64,000 nt of DNA from Phormidesmis sp. (GTDB lineage: Bacteria; Cyanobacteriota; Cyanobacteriia; Leptolyngbyales; Leptolyngbyaceae), in assembly GCA_965248535.1 (NCBI GenBank), contig CBDFJR010000002.1:864001-928000 (forward strand), given 5' to 3'. The translations under genes and the position numbers were made by a program. Below are positions 52,621 through 63,795 of this stretch, piece after piece (the stretch's first letter is position 1; each line of letters begins with the position of its first letter). Below the pieces are notes generated by a model. The model searched no databases and was not told the origin of the DNA. It saw nothing but the letters and a program-made list of their open reading frames with translations.

Positions 52621-54249
52621 CTAGCGATCGCTACTCACTCGGTCATATTCAACGGCTCCATAATTAAGTTTGATCAAGCGATCGGCAACGTGAAAATAGT
52701 GATCGTCGTGACTGATCACAAAAACAGTTTTTCCCTGACGTTTTAGCTGCGGCAAAAACTCCGTGTAAAAAAGCTCCCGAAAGATCGGATCTTGATCAGA
52801 GGCCCATTCATCAAATAGATAAATCGGACGATCTTCTAGATAAGCCGTAAGCAGACTCAGCCGTTTGCGCTGCCCTTGAGAAAGGTCGATCGTCGAAAGT
52901 TTACCGTTGATAATGGTGACTTTATGATCGAGGTGCAACTGCTTAAGATAAGACTGCGCCTGAGCATCTAGGTTCGGCTGGTGAATGCCCAACAGCCGAT
53001 CGAACAAATAAAAATCAGCATAAATCGCCGAAAAATATTGTCGATAATCTTCTCGATTATCAGAGGTGATCGGCTGACTGTCTAACCAAATTTCGCCCCG
53101 ATCGGGACTATAAAGCCCCGTCATTAACTTCGATAAGGTAGACTTGCCGCTGCCATTGCCGCCCACAATAAACACCAGTTCTCCCCGACCGAAGGAGAGG
53201 TCGATCGGGCCTAAAACAAAGCTGCTCTCTTCGCCCGGCCGCTCATAGTGGTGAGTGATGCCCCGAAACTCTAAGCGCTGCCAGTCAGGGTTAACCGTTC
53301 TAGGGGCCAGATTGACCTCCGCTTTGCTGCGAAGCGCCAGCCCCAAGCGATCGATCTTTTGCAGAGAGACACTGGCTTGACTCAACACAGGCAGCTTGGT
53401 GATCAGCTTTTCTAAGGGCAGTGTGGCGTAGGTGAAAATCAAAACGTAGCCAGAAAGCGTTTGCAGCGACACCGATAAAATTTGGGGCAGCGCAAACAAG
53501 ACAAACCCGATCGCAAAGAAAAAGATCAGCCGCCCCCAACTGCTAGCCATTGAGAACAAAATTAAGGCGCTGGCATTATGACGGCGATAGCTTGCAGACG
53601 CAGCTTCTAAATCTTCTGATAAGAAAGTTTGACGACGATCGTAGTGCAGTTTCAGTTCTTTAATGCCATCGGTGATCGTGCGAAAGTGCTTGAACAACTG
53701 ATCTTGATCATCGCGAGCCAGCCTGAGAAATTGATAACCGCGTTTTAGCAGCAGTTGAGTCGTGACGACGGCCATCAAAAACAGCCCCATCACCATCACA
53801 AATCCTTGCCACGACAGCCAGCAAATATAGGCAAACGAACCGACGATCGTGGCCAAATCAATACACAAATAGGGAAACAGCGCCACTGCACTGGCAACCG
53901 CATTCACATCTTCGGTCAGGGTTGCCAGCATCCGAGCATTGCCCAACTGCTCTAAATGGCTCAACTCTGAAGACAGAATTTGCCGACTCAAGCTTAATCG
54001 CAGCTTAAAAACAGCATCTTGTGACAGTTGCACCAATACTACTTGAGAGATCACGCTAGTGGCCAGCGAGACGACAGCCAGCGTGATAAAAAGCACTGCG
54101 ATCGTTCCCTCGATCGCCCCCCCTGACCCAATGGCGCGACTAGCCAGCGCAATCAGCGCCGCACTGCTTGCCCCACTCAAAAGGCCAGCAAGAATAGCGA
54201 TCACCATCCTGCGGCGAGAAGACTGGAGTAAAAAGAAGAGTAATTTCAT
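52621..54249 (-). CDS. Cyclic peptide export ABC transporter (YojI/SyrD/PvdE family)
   Basis: GIKELKL, GGNGSGKST, LSQGQRKRL, FDEWASDQDP, ISHDD. Confidence 0.92.
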   Translation of the reverse strand: MKLLFFLLQSSRRRMVIAILAGLLSGASSAALIALASRAIGSGGAIEGTIAVLFITLAVVSLATSVISQVVLVQLSQDAVFKLRLSLSRQILSSELSHLEQLGNARMLATLTEDVNAVASAVALFPYLCIDLATIVGSFAYICWLSWQGFVMVMGLFLMAVVTTQLLLKRGYQFLRLARDDQDQLFKHFRTITDGIKELKLHYDRRQTFLSEDLEAASASYRRHNASALILFSMASSWGRLIFFFAIGFVLFALPQILSVSLQTLSGYVLIFTYATLPLEKLITKLPVLSQASVSLQKIDRLGLALRSKAEVNLAPRTVNPDWQRLEFRGITHHYERPGEESSFVLGPIDLSFGRGELVFIVGGNGSGKSTLSKLMTGLYSPDRGEIWLDSQPITSDNREDYRQYFSAIYADFYLFDRLLGIHQPNLDAQAQSYLKQLHLDHKVTIINGKLSTIDLSQGQRKRLSLLTAYLEDRPIYLFDEWASDQDPIFRELFYTEFLPQLKRQGKTVFVISHDDHYFHVADRLIKLNYGAVEYDRVSSDR

Positions 54250-54387
54250 TCAAAATCAGAGTCAGAGATCAGGGGCAGGGAGTCACGGCCGAAACCCAAA
54301 ACCTGTTTTAGTCTAAGGTCTAACGTCTGAGGATTGAGCAAACCTCAAAAAATTTGGGCAGTGTAGATCCAAACGATCGCAAGCTGG

Positions 54388-55793
54388 ATGAGTGCCCTTG
54401 TGTTTTCTCAAGCCGTCGATAACAGTGACCTCAATCTCACGCCGCCCCTGCTCTTTGAAGGAGGTGCTCAAGCCCTAACCCTTGAATCTAGCCTACAAGA
54501 ACTGCCGCTCTACCAGTTTCAAGCAGAGCTGAGTCGCTCAGGCCTTGAGGTTGCGCGGGTTTTTGAGCACTATCCTCGATTGCCAGGCGTGATTTTGGTC
54601 GAGCAAGGGCAATTTGTCAGCATGATCTCGCGGCAGCAGTTGCTAAACTATTTGCTGCGACCCCACGGCATTGAGTTATTTCTCAAGCACCCCTTGCAGG
54701 TTTTATCGAGCTATGCGCCCAAAGCTTGGCTGATGTTGGCGGGCGACACTCCCATTTTGAGCGCTGCACAGCAAGCCTTGCGGCGATCGCCTGACTATTT
54801 GGCAGACCCGATCGTGGTGCAGCAACCATCGGGTTATTACCTCCTAGATATTCACGCTCTCAACATTGCTTACTGGCAGATTCGAGGCATTGAGACGCAG
54901 GTTAGATATGAGCGGCTTCAGTTGCAGATGCTGCAAAGTGAGAAGATGGCGAGTCTAGGGCGGTTAGTCGATGGGGTGGCTCATGAGATTTTAGACCCAG
55001 TAAGTTTTATTTGGGGCAATCTCAGTCATGTGTCGGACTATAGTCAAAACCTATTGACGCTGGTCTCTGCCTACGAAAAAGCCCTACCGCAGCCTTCGCC
55101 AGAGATTATCCATATTCAAGAAGCGATCGAGCTTGACTATCTCAGAGAAGACCTGCCAAAAACCCTAGAGAGCATTAAAACAGGTGCAGAACGCTTATCC
55201 AAGCTGGTGAATGGGCTGCAAAACTTTTGTCACATTGATGAAGTCTATCCCAAACCTGCGGATCTACATGAATGTCTCAATGGGGTGTTGCTGCTGCTCA
55301 AAAGCCGCATCAGCACTGACATTGAGATTGTCAAAGACTACGCTCAACTGCCGCCTGTGCCCTGTTTTATCGGGCAACTGAGTCAGGTGTTTATGAATAT
55401 TATCAGTCGATCGATCGACGTTTTGCTCAATCAAGCCGTGGGCGATCGTCTTAGCTCAGAGTTAAGGCTGCCAAACTGTGAATCTAGAATTCGTCCGCGC
55501 ATCTCGATCGTGACTGATCTCTGCACCCTCAGAGAAAGCGGGACGCGATGGGTGGCGATTCGCATTGCTGACAACGGGCCCGGCATCTCTGCTGAGACTC
55601 GCCAGCAGTTGCTCGAAGCCTTTTCGACCAATCAACCCTTTGCCAAAGAAACCAGCCTCGTTAACAGCTACCGCGTGATCACCGCTAGACACGGCGGCAC
55701 GTTTAAGGTCTATTCTCGCCTTTACCCAGCGATAGCGATCGCGCAGCAGCCCAGACCAGCACCGAGTTTGAGATTTTGCTACCCGTGGCTTAA
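54388..55793 (+). CDS. CBS-like sensor plus histidine kinase; -1 frameshift in 3' end
   Basis: EKMASLGRLVDGVAHEI H-box, DNGPG; the normal end TEFEILLPVA* lies in another frame at 55761-55793. Confidence 0.8.
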
Positions 55794-56005
55794 ACCGATT
55801 CGAGATAGTCAGCGTCTAGCAGAAACGCACCGCGCGCAAATTTCACGCCCCAATAACCGCCAGGACGACGATCGAGCACAATTCCCTCTTCATCGAGGTG
55901 AATCACGTCAGGCGGGCGCAGCATGGGCATCGGGTCGGCCGTTTTGACGTAGGGCGGCAGCGAGACCACGCGAACTTTGGAGCCGATCGAAAATTCTTTA
56001 GCCAT
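55790..56005 (-). CDS. sipA: NblS-interacting protein SipA
   Basis: LPPYVKTADPMPMLRPPDV...DRRPGGYWGVKFARGAFL. Confidence 0.85.
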   Translation of the reverse strand: MAKEFSIGSKVRVVSLPPYVKTADPMPMLRPPDVIHLDEEGIVLDRRPGGYWGVKFARGAFLLDADYLESV

Positions 56006-56101
56006 TGTGGTAGAGAGTAAACGGATTTAATAGTAGGAGTGTGTCATGGGAAACGAAACCGACTCTGGTAAATTAGTGTTTGTCGATCGCAGAGACCTCT
56101 A

Positions 56102-57028
56102 CTACAGCACATCGTGAAACCGACTGAAATCGATCGCCCGTCGCCCATCTGAGGTGTAAGTTAGCATATCGGCAAACTGCGTGTCCCATAAAATCTCTTG
56201 AGTCATATAAGAATAGCGGGCATGAACCGTTTGGGCGACCGTTTCATCGACTCCGGTTAGTGACACGATAATCTCGGTTGCACAGTCTCTCAGCGATTCT
56301 GGAGTTTCGCCGTAGAGAGGGCTGTTTTCGTCGATCGGGTGCATCGCCGTCCAAGTCAGATTAAAGACTGGAGACAGGTGACGACTGAGGCTCAAATCAT
56401 AAAATCGCCGCATTGGTTGACCTTCTTGGGTGACTTCATCCCGCACCAAAAACACCCACAGCCGAGCTTCTAAGATCTGATTGCCTCGCTGGTTAGCGGC
56501 CCGAAACATCAGCGTCGGCACCCCGTTATATCGAGTGATGAGGGCAACGCGACTAAACAAAATTCGGGCTGTGGGTCGAGCTAGACGGGCAAAGGCCAAC
56601 CCAGTAATGACCGCAACCCCCAACAGACCTAGCATGGCCTCGATCGACACAATTACGTTGGCATAGAAGGTTTTGGGTGAGATGGCCCCATACCCGATCG
56701 TGCCCATCGTCTGCACGCTGAAGAAGAAAGCATCCCAAAACGAGCCAGGTTGGGCATTGGCAAGATTGTCATCGCCCACTAAGTAGAGCAGGGCAAACAG
56801 CGTATTGGATGTGGCATAGAGCAGCAGCGTCAGCCCAAAAAACCACGGCCAGGAAATGGTCAACAGCAAATAATAAAGATCATCCCATGGCGATCGCTCA
56901 ATGCCCAACCGCACGACGTTAGTGTGTCCCTTTTCATCCAACATTCGCTGGGGGGCTGGCGGCGTTGAGGCTTGAGAGGGCCGTCTGCCGAGCAACCGAC
57001 GAATAAACCGTTTGCTGGAGAGCTTCAT
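56102..57028 (-). CDS. Inward-rectifier K+ channel (KirBac)
   Basis: FFFSVQTMGTIGYG selectivity filter, TGLAFAR, HPIDENSPL. Confidence 0.93.
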   Translation of the reverse strand: MKLSSKRFIRRLLGRRPSQASTPPAPQRMLDEKGHTNVVRLGIERSPWDDLYYLLLTISWPWFFGLTLLLYATSNTLFALLYLVGDDNLANAQPGSFWDAFFFSVQTMGTIGYGAISPKTFYANVIVSIEAMLGLLGVAVITGLAFARLARPTARILFSRVALITRYNGVPTLMFRAANQRGNQILEARLWVFLVRDEVTQEGQPMRRFYDLSLSRHLSPVFNLTWTAMHPIDENSPLYGETPESLRDCATEIIVSLTGVDETVAQTVHARYSYMTQEILWDTQFADMLTYTSDGRRAIDFSRFHDVL

Positions 57029-57073
57029 CCTGAGTGAGCCTTGTCTAGGGTTGCCCAAATCCTACCGCATTTT

Positions 57074-58706
57074 TTAATAGGCTAAGGCGATGCCGTCGGC
57101 CCGCGGCTCTGAAGCCGCCATCAAAACCTCGCCTTGCCGCAAAATAATTTGCCCTCGACCAAAGGCGCTCGGCTCGGCACTGAGTTGAATTTTGTGATGA
57201 CGATCGCTTAACCCGACTGCCACACTTTGAGGAACGGTGTGTTCTAACAGCAAGCGATTGCCTGCCATCCACTGCCAGCGAGGGGCATCTAACGCCGCCT
57301 GCGGGTTCATGCCGTAATCGACCAGATTGACCACCATCTGCAAGTGACCTTGGGGCTGCATGGGGCCGCCCATCACCCCAAAGGGCCCGATCGGGTGCCC
57401 GTCTTGGCTGAGAAACCCCGGAATGATGGTGTGAAAAGGACGCTTGCTGGCAGCGATTTGGTTGGGGTGATTGGGGTCTAGAGAGAATCCTGTGGCGCGG
57501 TTTTGCAAGGCGATGCCCGTTCCTGGGATCAGAATGCCGCTGCCAAAGCCCATAAAATTTGATTGAATGAACGACACCATAAAGTCTCGATCGGCTGCTG
57601 CCAGATAGACGGTGCCGCCTTTGGGCAACCCGGCGGGGGCGATCGCCAGGGACCGATCGCCAATCATCTGCCGCCGCTCTGCCCCATAGGATTTGCTGAG
57701 TAAATGGGGAACTTCGACTTCCATAAATCGGCTGTCAGTAACGTGCTGGTGAGCATCGGCAAATCCCAATTTCATCGCCTCGATTTGCAGATGAAAACTC
57801 TCTATTGAGTCACGCGGATAGTCAACTAGATCAAACCCCTCCAGAATATTCAGCGCCATCAACGTGGCGATGCCTTGACCATTGGGCGGCATTTCCCAAA
57901 CCGTGACTCCGCGATAATCGGTTGAAATTGGATCAACCCAATCGGCTTGATGCAGAGCCAAATCTTCTTGGGTGATCAGCCCATTTGTTTGGACGGCAAA
58001 TTGGGCGATCGCGGCTGCCAATTCGCCCCGATAAAAAGACTCACCGTGGCTGTGGGCAATGGCGCGCAACGTCTCGGCATGGGCAGGGCTGCGCCAAATC
58101 TCACCCGCCTCTGGGGCCCGTCCGTTTTGAAAAAACACCTGCTGAAAAGGCTGAAATTCTTCACCTTTTAGGGGCAAATAAACGCGCTCGGCTCGCTTCC
58201 AGGCGCGGGCGGTCTCAGGCGACACCGGGAACCCCGACTCAGCGTAGTGAATGGCAGGCTCAAACAAGCGATCGAAGGGCAACTTTCCCCAGCGTTTTGA
58301 GAGGGTTTGCCAGGCTGAGACCGCCCCCGGAACGGTCACGGTTGACCAGCCCAAGCTAGGCATCTCCAGCAGTCCAGCTAACGGATCTAGCGTTAGAGCT
58401 TGCGGACTTTTGCCCGACGCATTTAAGCCGTGCAGGGTGCCATCCCAAACGAGGGCAAAGGCATCTGAGCCAATGCCGTTAGAGGTCGGCTCAACGACGG
58501 TGAGAGCGATCGCCATTGCCAAGGCTGCGTCGATCGCGTTGCCGCCCGATCGCAGCATTTCTAGTCCCTGCTAAGGTTGCTAAGGGTTGGCTCGTTGCGA
58601 CGGCCGCTTGAGTTCCCATGATTACTCTGCGTCCAGAGCGATAAGGATAGTGATTTAAGTTTTTGTGGATTCGATTAAAAATTGATTCTCTCACGCAGTT
58701 CTTCAC
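57074..58706 (-). CDS. Gamma-glutamyltransferase family protein; +1 frameshift near 58567
   Basis: VATSQPLA (upstream frame) then GGNAIDAA, GIGSDAF, TVPG, GGTVY, KRPFHT, GGPMQPQG; start uncertain. Confidence 0.88.
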
Positions 58707-58782
58707 TTGCTCTAGCTAGATTTATAAATCGTCAGTTTAGCGTTAAATTTTGAATAGAGTTACCGTTAATAGTTCTAGATTC

Positions 58783-58814
58783 AGACCTCCGACTTCTTAA
58801 GAAGTCGGAGGTCT
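58783..58814. repeat. Solo perfect palindrome of the RAYT-flanking family
   Basis: AGACCTCCGACTTC-TTAA-GAAGTCGGAGGTCT. Confidence 0.85.
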
Positions 58815-58826
58815 ATGCTGTGGATT

Positions 58827-59291
58827 TTAGCGATCGCACTCAACTTCTCTCGATCGGGCAACTTCTAAAGCCTCGATCGGCTGGTTCACCAACAGCATTG
58901 TGGTTGTGGAGTTCACTTCAAACCCAATCTTCTGATAAAACGTCTGTTGATGCTTGGTCATTAAATAAACTCGCTCGACTCGACTCATGTGAGGATGACT
59001 CAGCACCGTTTCAACCAGTTTGCGACCCAACCCGGCCCCTTGATAGTCGGGGTGAATCACAACATCCCAAATCGTGGCTCGATAGATGCCATCGGAGGTT
59101 GCCCGCCCAAAGCCAACCAAGCGATCGCCATCCCACGCCGAGATCACAGGGTGGCTGTGCTTGATCGCGATCGCGAGATCCGGCAATCGGCGATCGCGGG
59201 CCCAAAACGCAGCAACCTCAAATAAGTGCTGAAGCTGCTGAAGATCGACTAACTCTGAGCGATCGCAAAACTGAATATGACGACAATCCAT
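58827..59291 (-). CDS. GNAT family N-acetyltransferase
   Basis: GFGRATSDG, WDVVIHPDYQGAGLGRKL, FYQKIGF. Confidence 0.9.
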   Translation of the reverse strand: MDCRHIQFCDRSELVDLQQLQHLFEVAAFWARDRRLPDLAIAIKHSHPVISAWDGDRLVGFGRATSDGIYRATIWDVVIHPDYQGAGLGRKLVETVLSHPHMSRVERVYLMTKHQQTFYQKIGFEVNSTTTMLLVNQPIEALEVARSREVECDR

Positions 59292-59446
59292 GCCTACTGT
59301 TTTACCTTTATTGAACGGGTGCGCTGAGTCCGGTAAGTTGAATTCTGTCAATTCTAATGACTGAGATGACTCGGTTTTGTGAGCAAAATGGGCAAAAACC
59401 CCTTTATTCTGAATAGAGAAACATCCAGGCTAAATAGTGAGTCTAG

Positions 59447-60049
59447 ATGGCAACGGGTTCTGTAACGTTCATATCCAATTGGTTGAAACCTATGCTCCGT
59501 TTCCCGCGTCGTTCTGGCAAGCTCAACCTCTCTAAGCGCCGAAGACCTAGACGGTCTGCGATCGGGCTAGTGACGCTGCTGCTGGTGTGGAGTCTGTGTT
59601 TAGGATGGGGTCTGGCTCAAGCGATCGAGGCTCCTCAACCTTCAGCCGTGGTGGGAACGGTGGATGTTGTGCCCGATCGCTACAAATTCGGCCAAGAGCT
59701 TTATTTAGAAAACTGCGCCACTTGTCATATCGGCGTGCCTCCATCGGTGTTGCCTGCTCAGACTTGGCGCGATCTGCTGCAAGATTCTCAGCACTATGGC
59801 GTTGAGATCAAACCCTTAATCGATCCGCCCCGGCGATTAGTGTGGAACTATTTGCAGACCTTTTCTCGCCAAGTTGCGGTTGACGAAAAAGTGCCCTATC
59901 GAGTCTCTGAGTCGCAATACTTTAAAGTGCTGCACCCCAAAGTCGATCTTCCTCGCAAGCTCAACTTGGCAAGCTGTGCAACCTGCCACCCCGGAGCCAG
60001 CCAATTTAACTTCCGCAGCCTGACCCCAGAGTGGGAAAACTCGCCTTGA
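59447..60049 (+). CDS. Diheme cytochrome c family protein
   Basis: CATCH twice; TM/signal segment; start uncertain. Confidence 0.8.
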   Translation: MATGSVTFISNWLKPMLRFPRRSGKLNLSKRRRPRRSAIGLVTLLLVWSLCLGWGLAQAIEAPQPSAVVGTVDVVPDRYKFGQELYLENCATCHIGVPPSVLPAQTWRDLLQDSQHYGVEIKPLIDPPRRLVWNYLQTFSRQVAVDEKVPYRVSESQYFKVLHPKVDLPRKLNLASCATCHPGASQFNFRSLTPEWENSP

Positions 60050-60159
60050 CGAATGTGCTCCATTCTCCATTTGCCCATGCGGTGGGTGACTTCACGCAAA
60101 TTGGGGGCGTTGTTCACTAGACTGGAGAGGCAACCGTCTAGAACTCTACGATCGAAGAC

Positions 60160-61083
60160 ATGACCTTGAGCAGTTTGCAGACCTTTGAACTTGAGACCGC
60201 CGAAACGCTGGTGCGGCTGTCAATTTTGCTGATTTTGGTGGTAGTAGTCGGATTTTTTGTGGCAGCCGAGTTAGCGATCGTCTCCGCTTCTAAAGGCGAG
60301 ATCTACACGCTGTCTCAAAAAGTTGATGATCCCTCCAGCAAAGCGGCGGAATTGGTTCACCATGCTCAGACTCACTTAGAGCAATATCTGTCAGTTACCC
60401 AAACGGGCACGACAGCCGGAAGCCTGCTCTTAGGCTGGTTGGGCGAAGGGGCAACCGTGCATTGGATCGAGCCTTGGATCAGTCAGATTCCGATCGACCG
60501 TTTGCCTGTGATGATCACCTCTCACGCGATCGCGGCGACGGTGGCTTTTCTGTTCGTCACCTACGTCGAGATTCTCCTAGGAGAACTGGTGCCCAAGGTG
60601 CTAGCGGCAAATGCGCCTGAGCAAACCGCTCTGCTGCTGATTCGTCCGTTAGAGTTTTGCTCTCGATTATTTTTTCCGGCGCTGGTCGTGCTCAATGGCA
60701 GTGTGCGGCTGCTCACAGGAGGCATTGCTCGCAAACCCAAAACTGCGTTTTTGCCTGATTCGACGGCTCCTTTAGTGCAAAATGACGCTCACTCGGCGTT
60801 GATTGCTGGCTCTTTAGACCTGCCCACCATCAATGAGAAACTGGGGGTGAGTTTGCCGCTTCACGAGGCTTACACGACGCTAGCGGGCTTTATGATCTGT
60901 CAGTTGGGGCGAGTTCCGTCTCAGGGCGATCGCCTTCAGTGGAGCGAGTTAGAGCTAGAAGCGACGCGCGTCACCGACGATCGGGTAGAAACAATCTTGC
61001 TGCGTCAAGTCACTCGCCCGTTAATTAATCTGGCTGCCGATCCAGCGTTGATCAAAGAAGAATTGCTCACGCCCAGCCCTTGA
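60160..61083 (+). CDS. CNNM/DUF21 membrane domain plus CorC_HlyC domain (no CBS pair)
   Basis: FFVAAELAIV, ILLGELVPK; C-terminal YTTLAGF..QLGRVP..GD. Confidence 0.8.
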   Translation: MTLSSLQTFELETAETLVRLSILLILVVVVGFFVAAELAIVSASKGEIYTLSQKVDDPSSKAAELVHHAQTHLEQYLSVTQTGTTAGSLLLGWLGEGATVHWIEPWISQIPIDRLPVMITSHAIAATVAFLFVTYVEILLGELVPKVLAANAPEQTALLLIRPLEFCSRLFFPALVVLNGSVRLLTGGIARKPKTAFLPDSTAPLVQNDAHSALIAGSLDLPTINEKLGVSLPLHEAYTTLAGFMICQLGRVPSQGDRLQWSELELEATRVTDDRVETILLRQVTRPLINLAADPALIKEELLTPSP

Positions 61084-61088
61084 GGTTG

Positions 61089-61376
61089 TCACAATACTCC
61101 ACTTTCTATCGTTTCTAAATAGATAAACTGAGGTTCTTTAACTCCGGCTTGTTTTCTGATCTCGACGAGTTGGGGAGACTCAAAAAACGCTCTGGCATTT
61201 TCTAGCGATGACCATCTAGAAAAGTGAACAATGCTGTTAGCATCATGCTCGTAGTTTAAGAGTTGATAACTGATTTCTCCGGCATCTTTGCGGATGTTGA
61301 CGGCTTCGTCAAAAATGGCTTTCCAGGCTGAATAGTCTTCTACTTCGTGAATGATCAAAACGAAGGGGACTGTCAT
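61089..61376 (-). CDS. ABM/dimeric alpha-beta barrel family protein
   Basis: HEVEDYSAWK..FD, W.SLENARAFF, AGV. Confidence 0.7.
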   Translation of the reverse strand: MTVPFVLIIHEVEDYSAWKAIFDEAVNIRKDAGEISYQLLNYEHDANSIVHFSRWSSLENARAFFESPQLVEIRKQAGVKEPQFIYLETIESGVL

Positions 61377-61512
61377 AAGTTTAAAACTTGGCGGATGTCT
61401 AAAGATTACCAAATTTCACCTCGACGCGTTCTGTTTCGGCTGGCAATTATTGCGGGCTAATTGAGTCCAATAAATTTTGCAGGAAGATCTTCACCCTGTT
61501 CAACAACCTGTT

Positions 61513-62012
61513 TCAACAATCAGGGGCTTCGCAGGCAGCAATGCTCACCCAACTGCTCGATAGAATTCCGTCTTGCTCTCGATAAAATTCTTTTTTCCAA
61601 ATCGGGGCGTTGTGCTTGAGGGTGTCGATCGCAAACTGACACGCCTCAAAAGCCTCCGATCGGTGGGGCACCCGACTGCAATCAGCACGCTAATTTGCCC
61701 GATCGGTAACTTGCCCACGCGATGATGAATCACCACCCGATTCACATCTGTCCAAGTTTGACGAATCTCAGCCGCAATTTGCTGGAAGACCCGCATCGCC
61801 ATTGGCTCATAGGCTTGATATTCTAGAAACTCAACCGCTTTGCCATCTGTTTTGTTGCGAACCATGCCGCTCATCACCACGATCGCTCCGTTGGCCACAT
61901 CGTCTGCCTGGGCATAAACGTCTTCAAGCGACAGAGGCGCAAAGGTGATGGCAAAGCGATCGTCCGGGTGCGGCTGAATCGGGTGAGAGATCGAGAATGT
62001 CGTAGCGATCAT
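61513..62012 (-). CDS. moaE: Molybdopterin synthase catalytic subunit; -1 frameshift at 61665-61668
   Basis: [28 protein letters not shown]; adding one base restores [12 protein letters not shown]...[11 protein letters not shown]. Confidence 0.9.
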
Positions 62013-62061
62013 AAAATCAAGCTTCAGTGCGACTGACTCTATTTTGCACCGATTTGATCGC

Positions 62062-62868
62062 CTACTGGAGTCGTTTCTTTTCGCTGCGATAGCGAATGGT
62101 TTCGGCAATCAGCGCCACCGCACCCGACGTGACCATCAAAACAACGCTCAAAGCATTAATATCAGGTTTAACGCTGGTGCGAATGCGGCTAAAAATCTCC
62201 ATCGGAAGCGTGGTCGCTCCTCCCCCGGCGGTGAAACTGGCAATCAGAAAGTCATCCATACTGAGCACAAACGCTAATAGACAACCCGAAATAATGGCCG
62301 GCATCAATTCTGGCAATAGCACCATCACGAGAGATTGGTAGGGCGTGGCTCCAAGATCTTGCGCGGCTTCTTCTAGATGAGGATTGAGATTAACCAGTCG
62401 AGTCGAGACGACAAACGCAACGTAGGATAGACAAAATACCGTATGGGCGGCAACGATCGTCCATAAGCTCAACGGTACGGCGATCACCGCTAGGAATACT
62501 AACGTTGAAACGGCGATCGCGATATCTGGAATGATCAAGGGAAGATAAGAGGCACCCTGATATAGCTGTTTACCAGGAAACTTATAGCGCGCTAGCCCCA
62601 CGGCCATGAGAGTGCCAACGATCGCAGAAATGCCCACGGCGCAGAATGCAACTTTTAAGCTATCTGACAACGCTGAAAGAATGCGACTGTCATTAAAAAA
62701 TTTGACATACCACGACAGCGTAAACCCGCCCCACTGAGCGCTATTGGGCGACAGGTTAAAACTATAAAACCCCAGCACCAAAATCGGCAGATACATAAAG
62801 CCAAACATCAACACCGAAAACAGCGCTTGCCAGGAAATAGAGGTTGGATTCTTAGAGGGAGCTTGCAT
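62062..62868 (-). CDS. potC: Polyamine ABC transporter permease
   Basis: YLPIL..SFN, LEEAAQDLGA, LSMDDF, TTLP. Confidence 0.85.
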   Translation of the reverse strand: MQAPSKNPTSISWQALFSVLMFGFMYLPILVLGFYSFNLSPNSAQWGGFTLSWYVKFFNDSRILSALSDSLKVAFCAVGISAIVGTLMAVGLARYKFPGKQLYQGASYLPLIIPDIAIAVSTLVFLAVIAVPLSLWTIVAAHTVFCLSYVAFVVSTRLVNLNPHLEEAAQDLGATPYQSLVMVLLPELMPAIISGCLLAFVLSMDDFLIASFTAGGGATTLPMEIFSRIRTSVKPDINALSVVLMVTSGAVALIAETIRYRSEKKRLQ

Positions 62869-63743
62869 TTTTGTCGCCGTATTTGATGAGCAGTGCGATC
62901 GCTAAACTAACTGCCAAAATTAACACCATACTCAGAGCCGATCCAAAGCCCCAGTTTTGAGTGGCTCCTAAAAACTGGTTATAGATCAGTCGCGCTGCGG
63001 TCATGCTCGACGTGCCGCCCAGCAATTCGGGGTTGATAAAATCGCCTAAGCCCTGTGATAAAAACCAGCAGAGATCCGGCGGCAATGCCGGGAAGCGTTT
63101 GGGGCACCGTCACCTTCCAAAAGGCTTGGGGCGGAGTTGCGCCTAAATCGGCGGCGGCTTCTAAAAAGCGGCGATCGAGCTTTTCTAACGACGCATAGAG
63201 AATCAGCACCATGTAGGGCAGCAGGCTATAGGTCATGCCAATCAGCACAGCAGGCGTGCGGTTGAGCAGATCGAGCGGGGGCAGATTTAGACTCGTCAGC
63301 AGCGTGTTGAGCACCCCCGTCGGGCGCAAAATGCTAATCCAGGCATAAGAGCGCAGCAGTGAAGAAGTCCAGAGCGGCAGCACAAAGCCCAACAGCAGCA
63401 GGTTGCGCCAGCGTTTGGGCGACAGCAGCGCGATCCAATAAGCGACTGGGAAACCCATCAGCAGGCAAAGCAGCGTCGTTCCGGTGGCAAAGAGCAGCGA
63501 TCGCCCAATCACCAACAGCACATCTGACTGAAAGATGCGTCCGTAGTTGTCTAGCCCCGACGGGTTGACGAGATCTCCGGGCTTGATGCCAGGCACCAAA
63601 CTCAGTTCAAAAATCAGCAGCGTCGGAATCACCAACAGCAGCGCTAGCCAAACCCCTGCCGGAGCCAAAAGCAAAAGAGCTTGAAGCCATTGAGGGGTTG
63701 TTGCTTGAACCTTAGACAGAGCAGGGGGAGCTTTGGTAGACAC
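62852..63743 (-). CDS. potB: Polyamine ABC transporter permease; +1 frameshift at 63051-63053
   Basis: PLWTSSLLRSYAW, EAAADLGA; removing one G gives LLVFITGLGDFINPELLGG. Confidence 0.85.
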
Positions 63744-63795
63744 AGAAGTTAAGAGAATTTTGAACAGTAGAGAGGCAATTTTAGAAAGTCTGTGT

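Noticed and set aside
55794..55947. Long C-terminal extension of the kinase antisense to sipA
   Set aside because: Artefact of the frameshift; the normal kinase end is in another frame and stops at 55793
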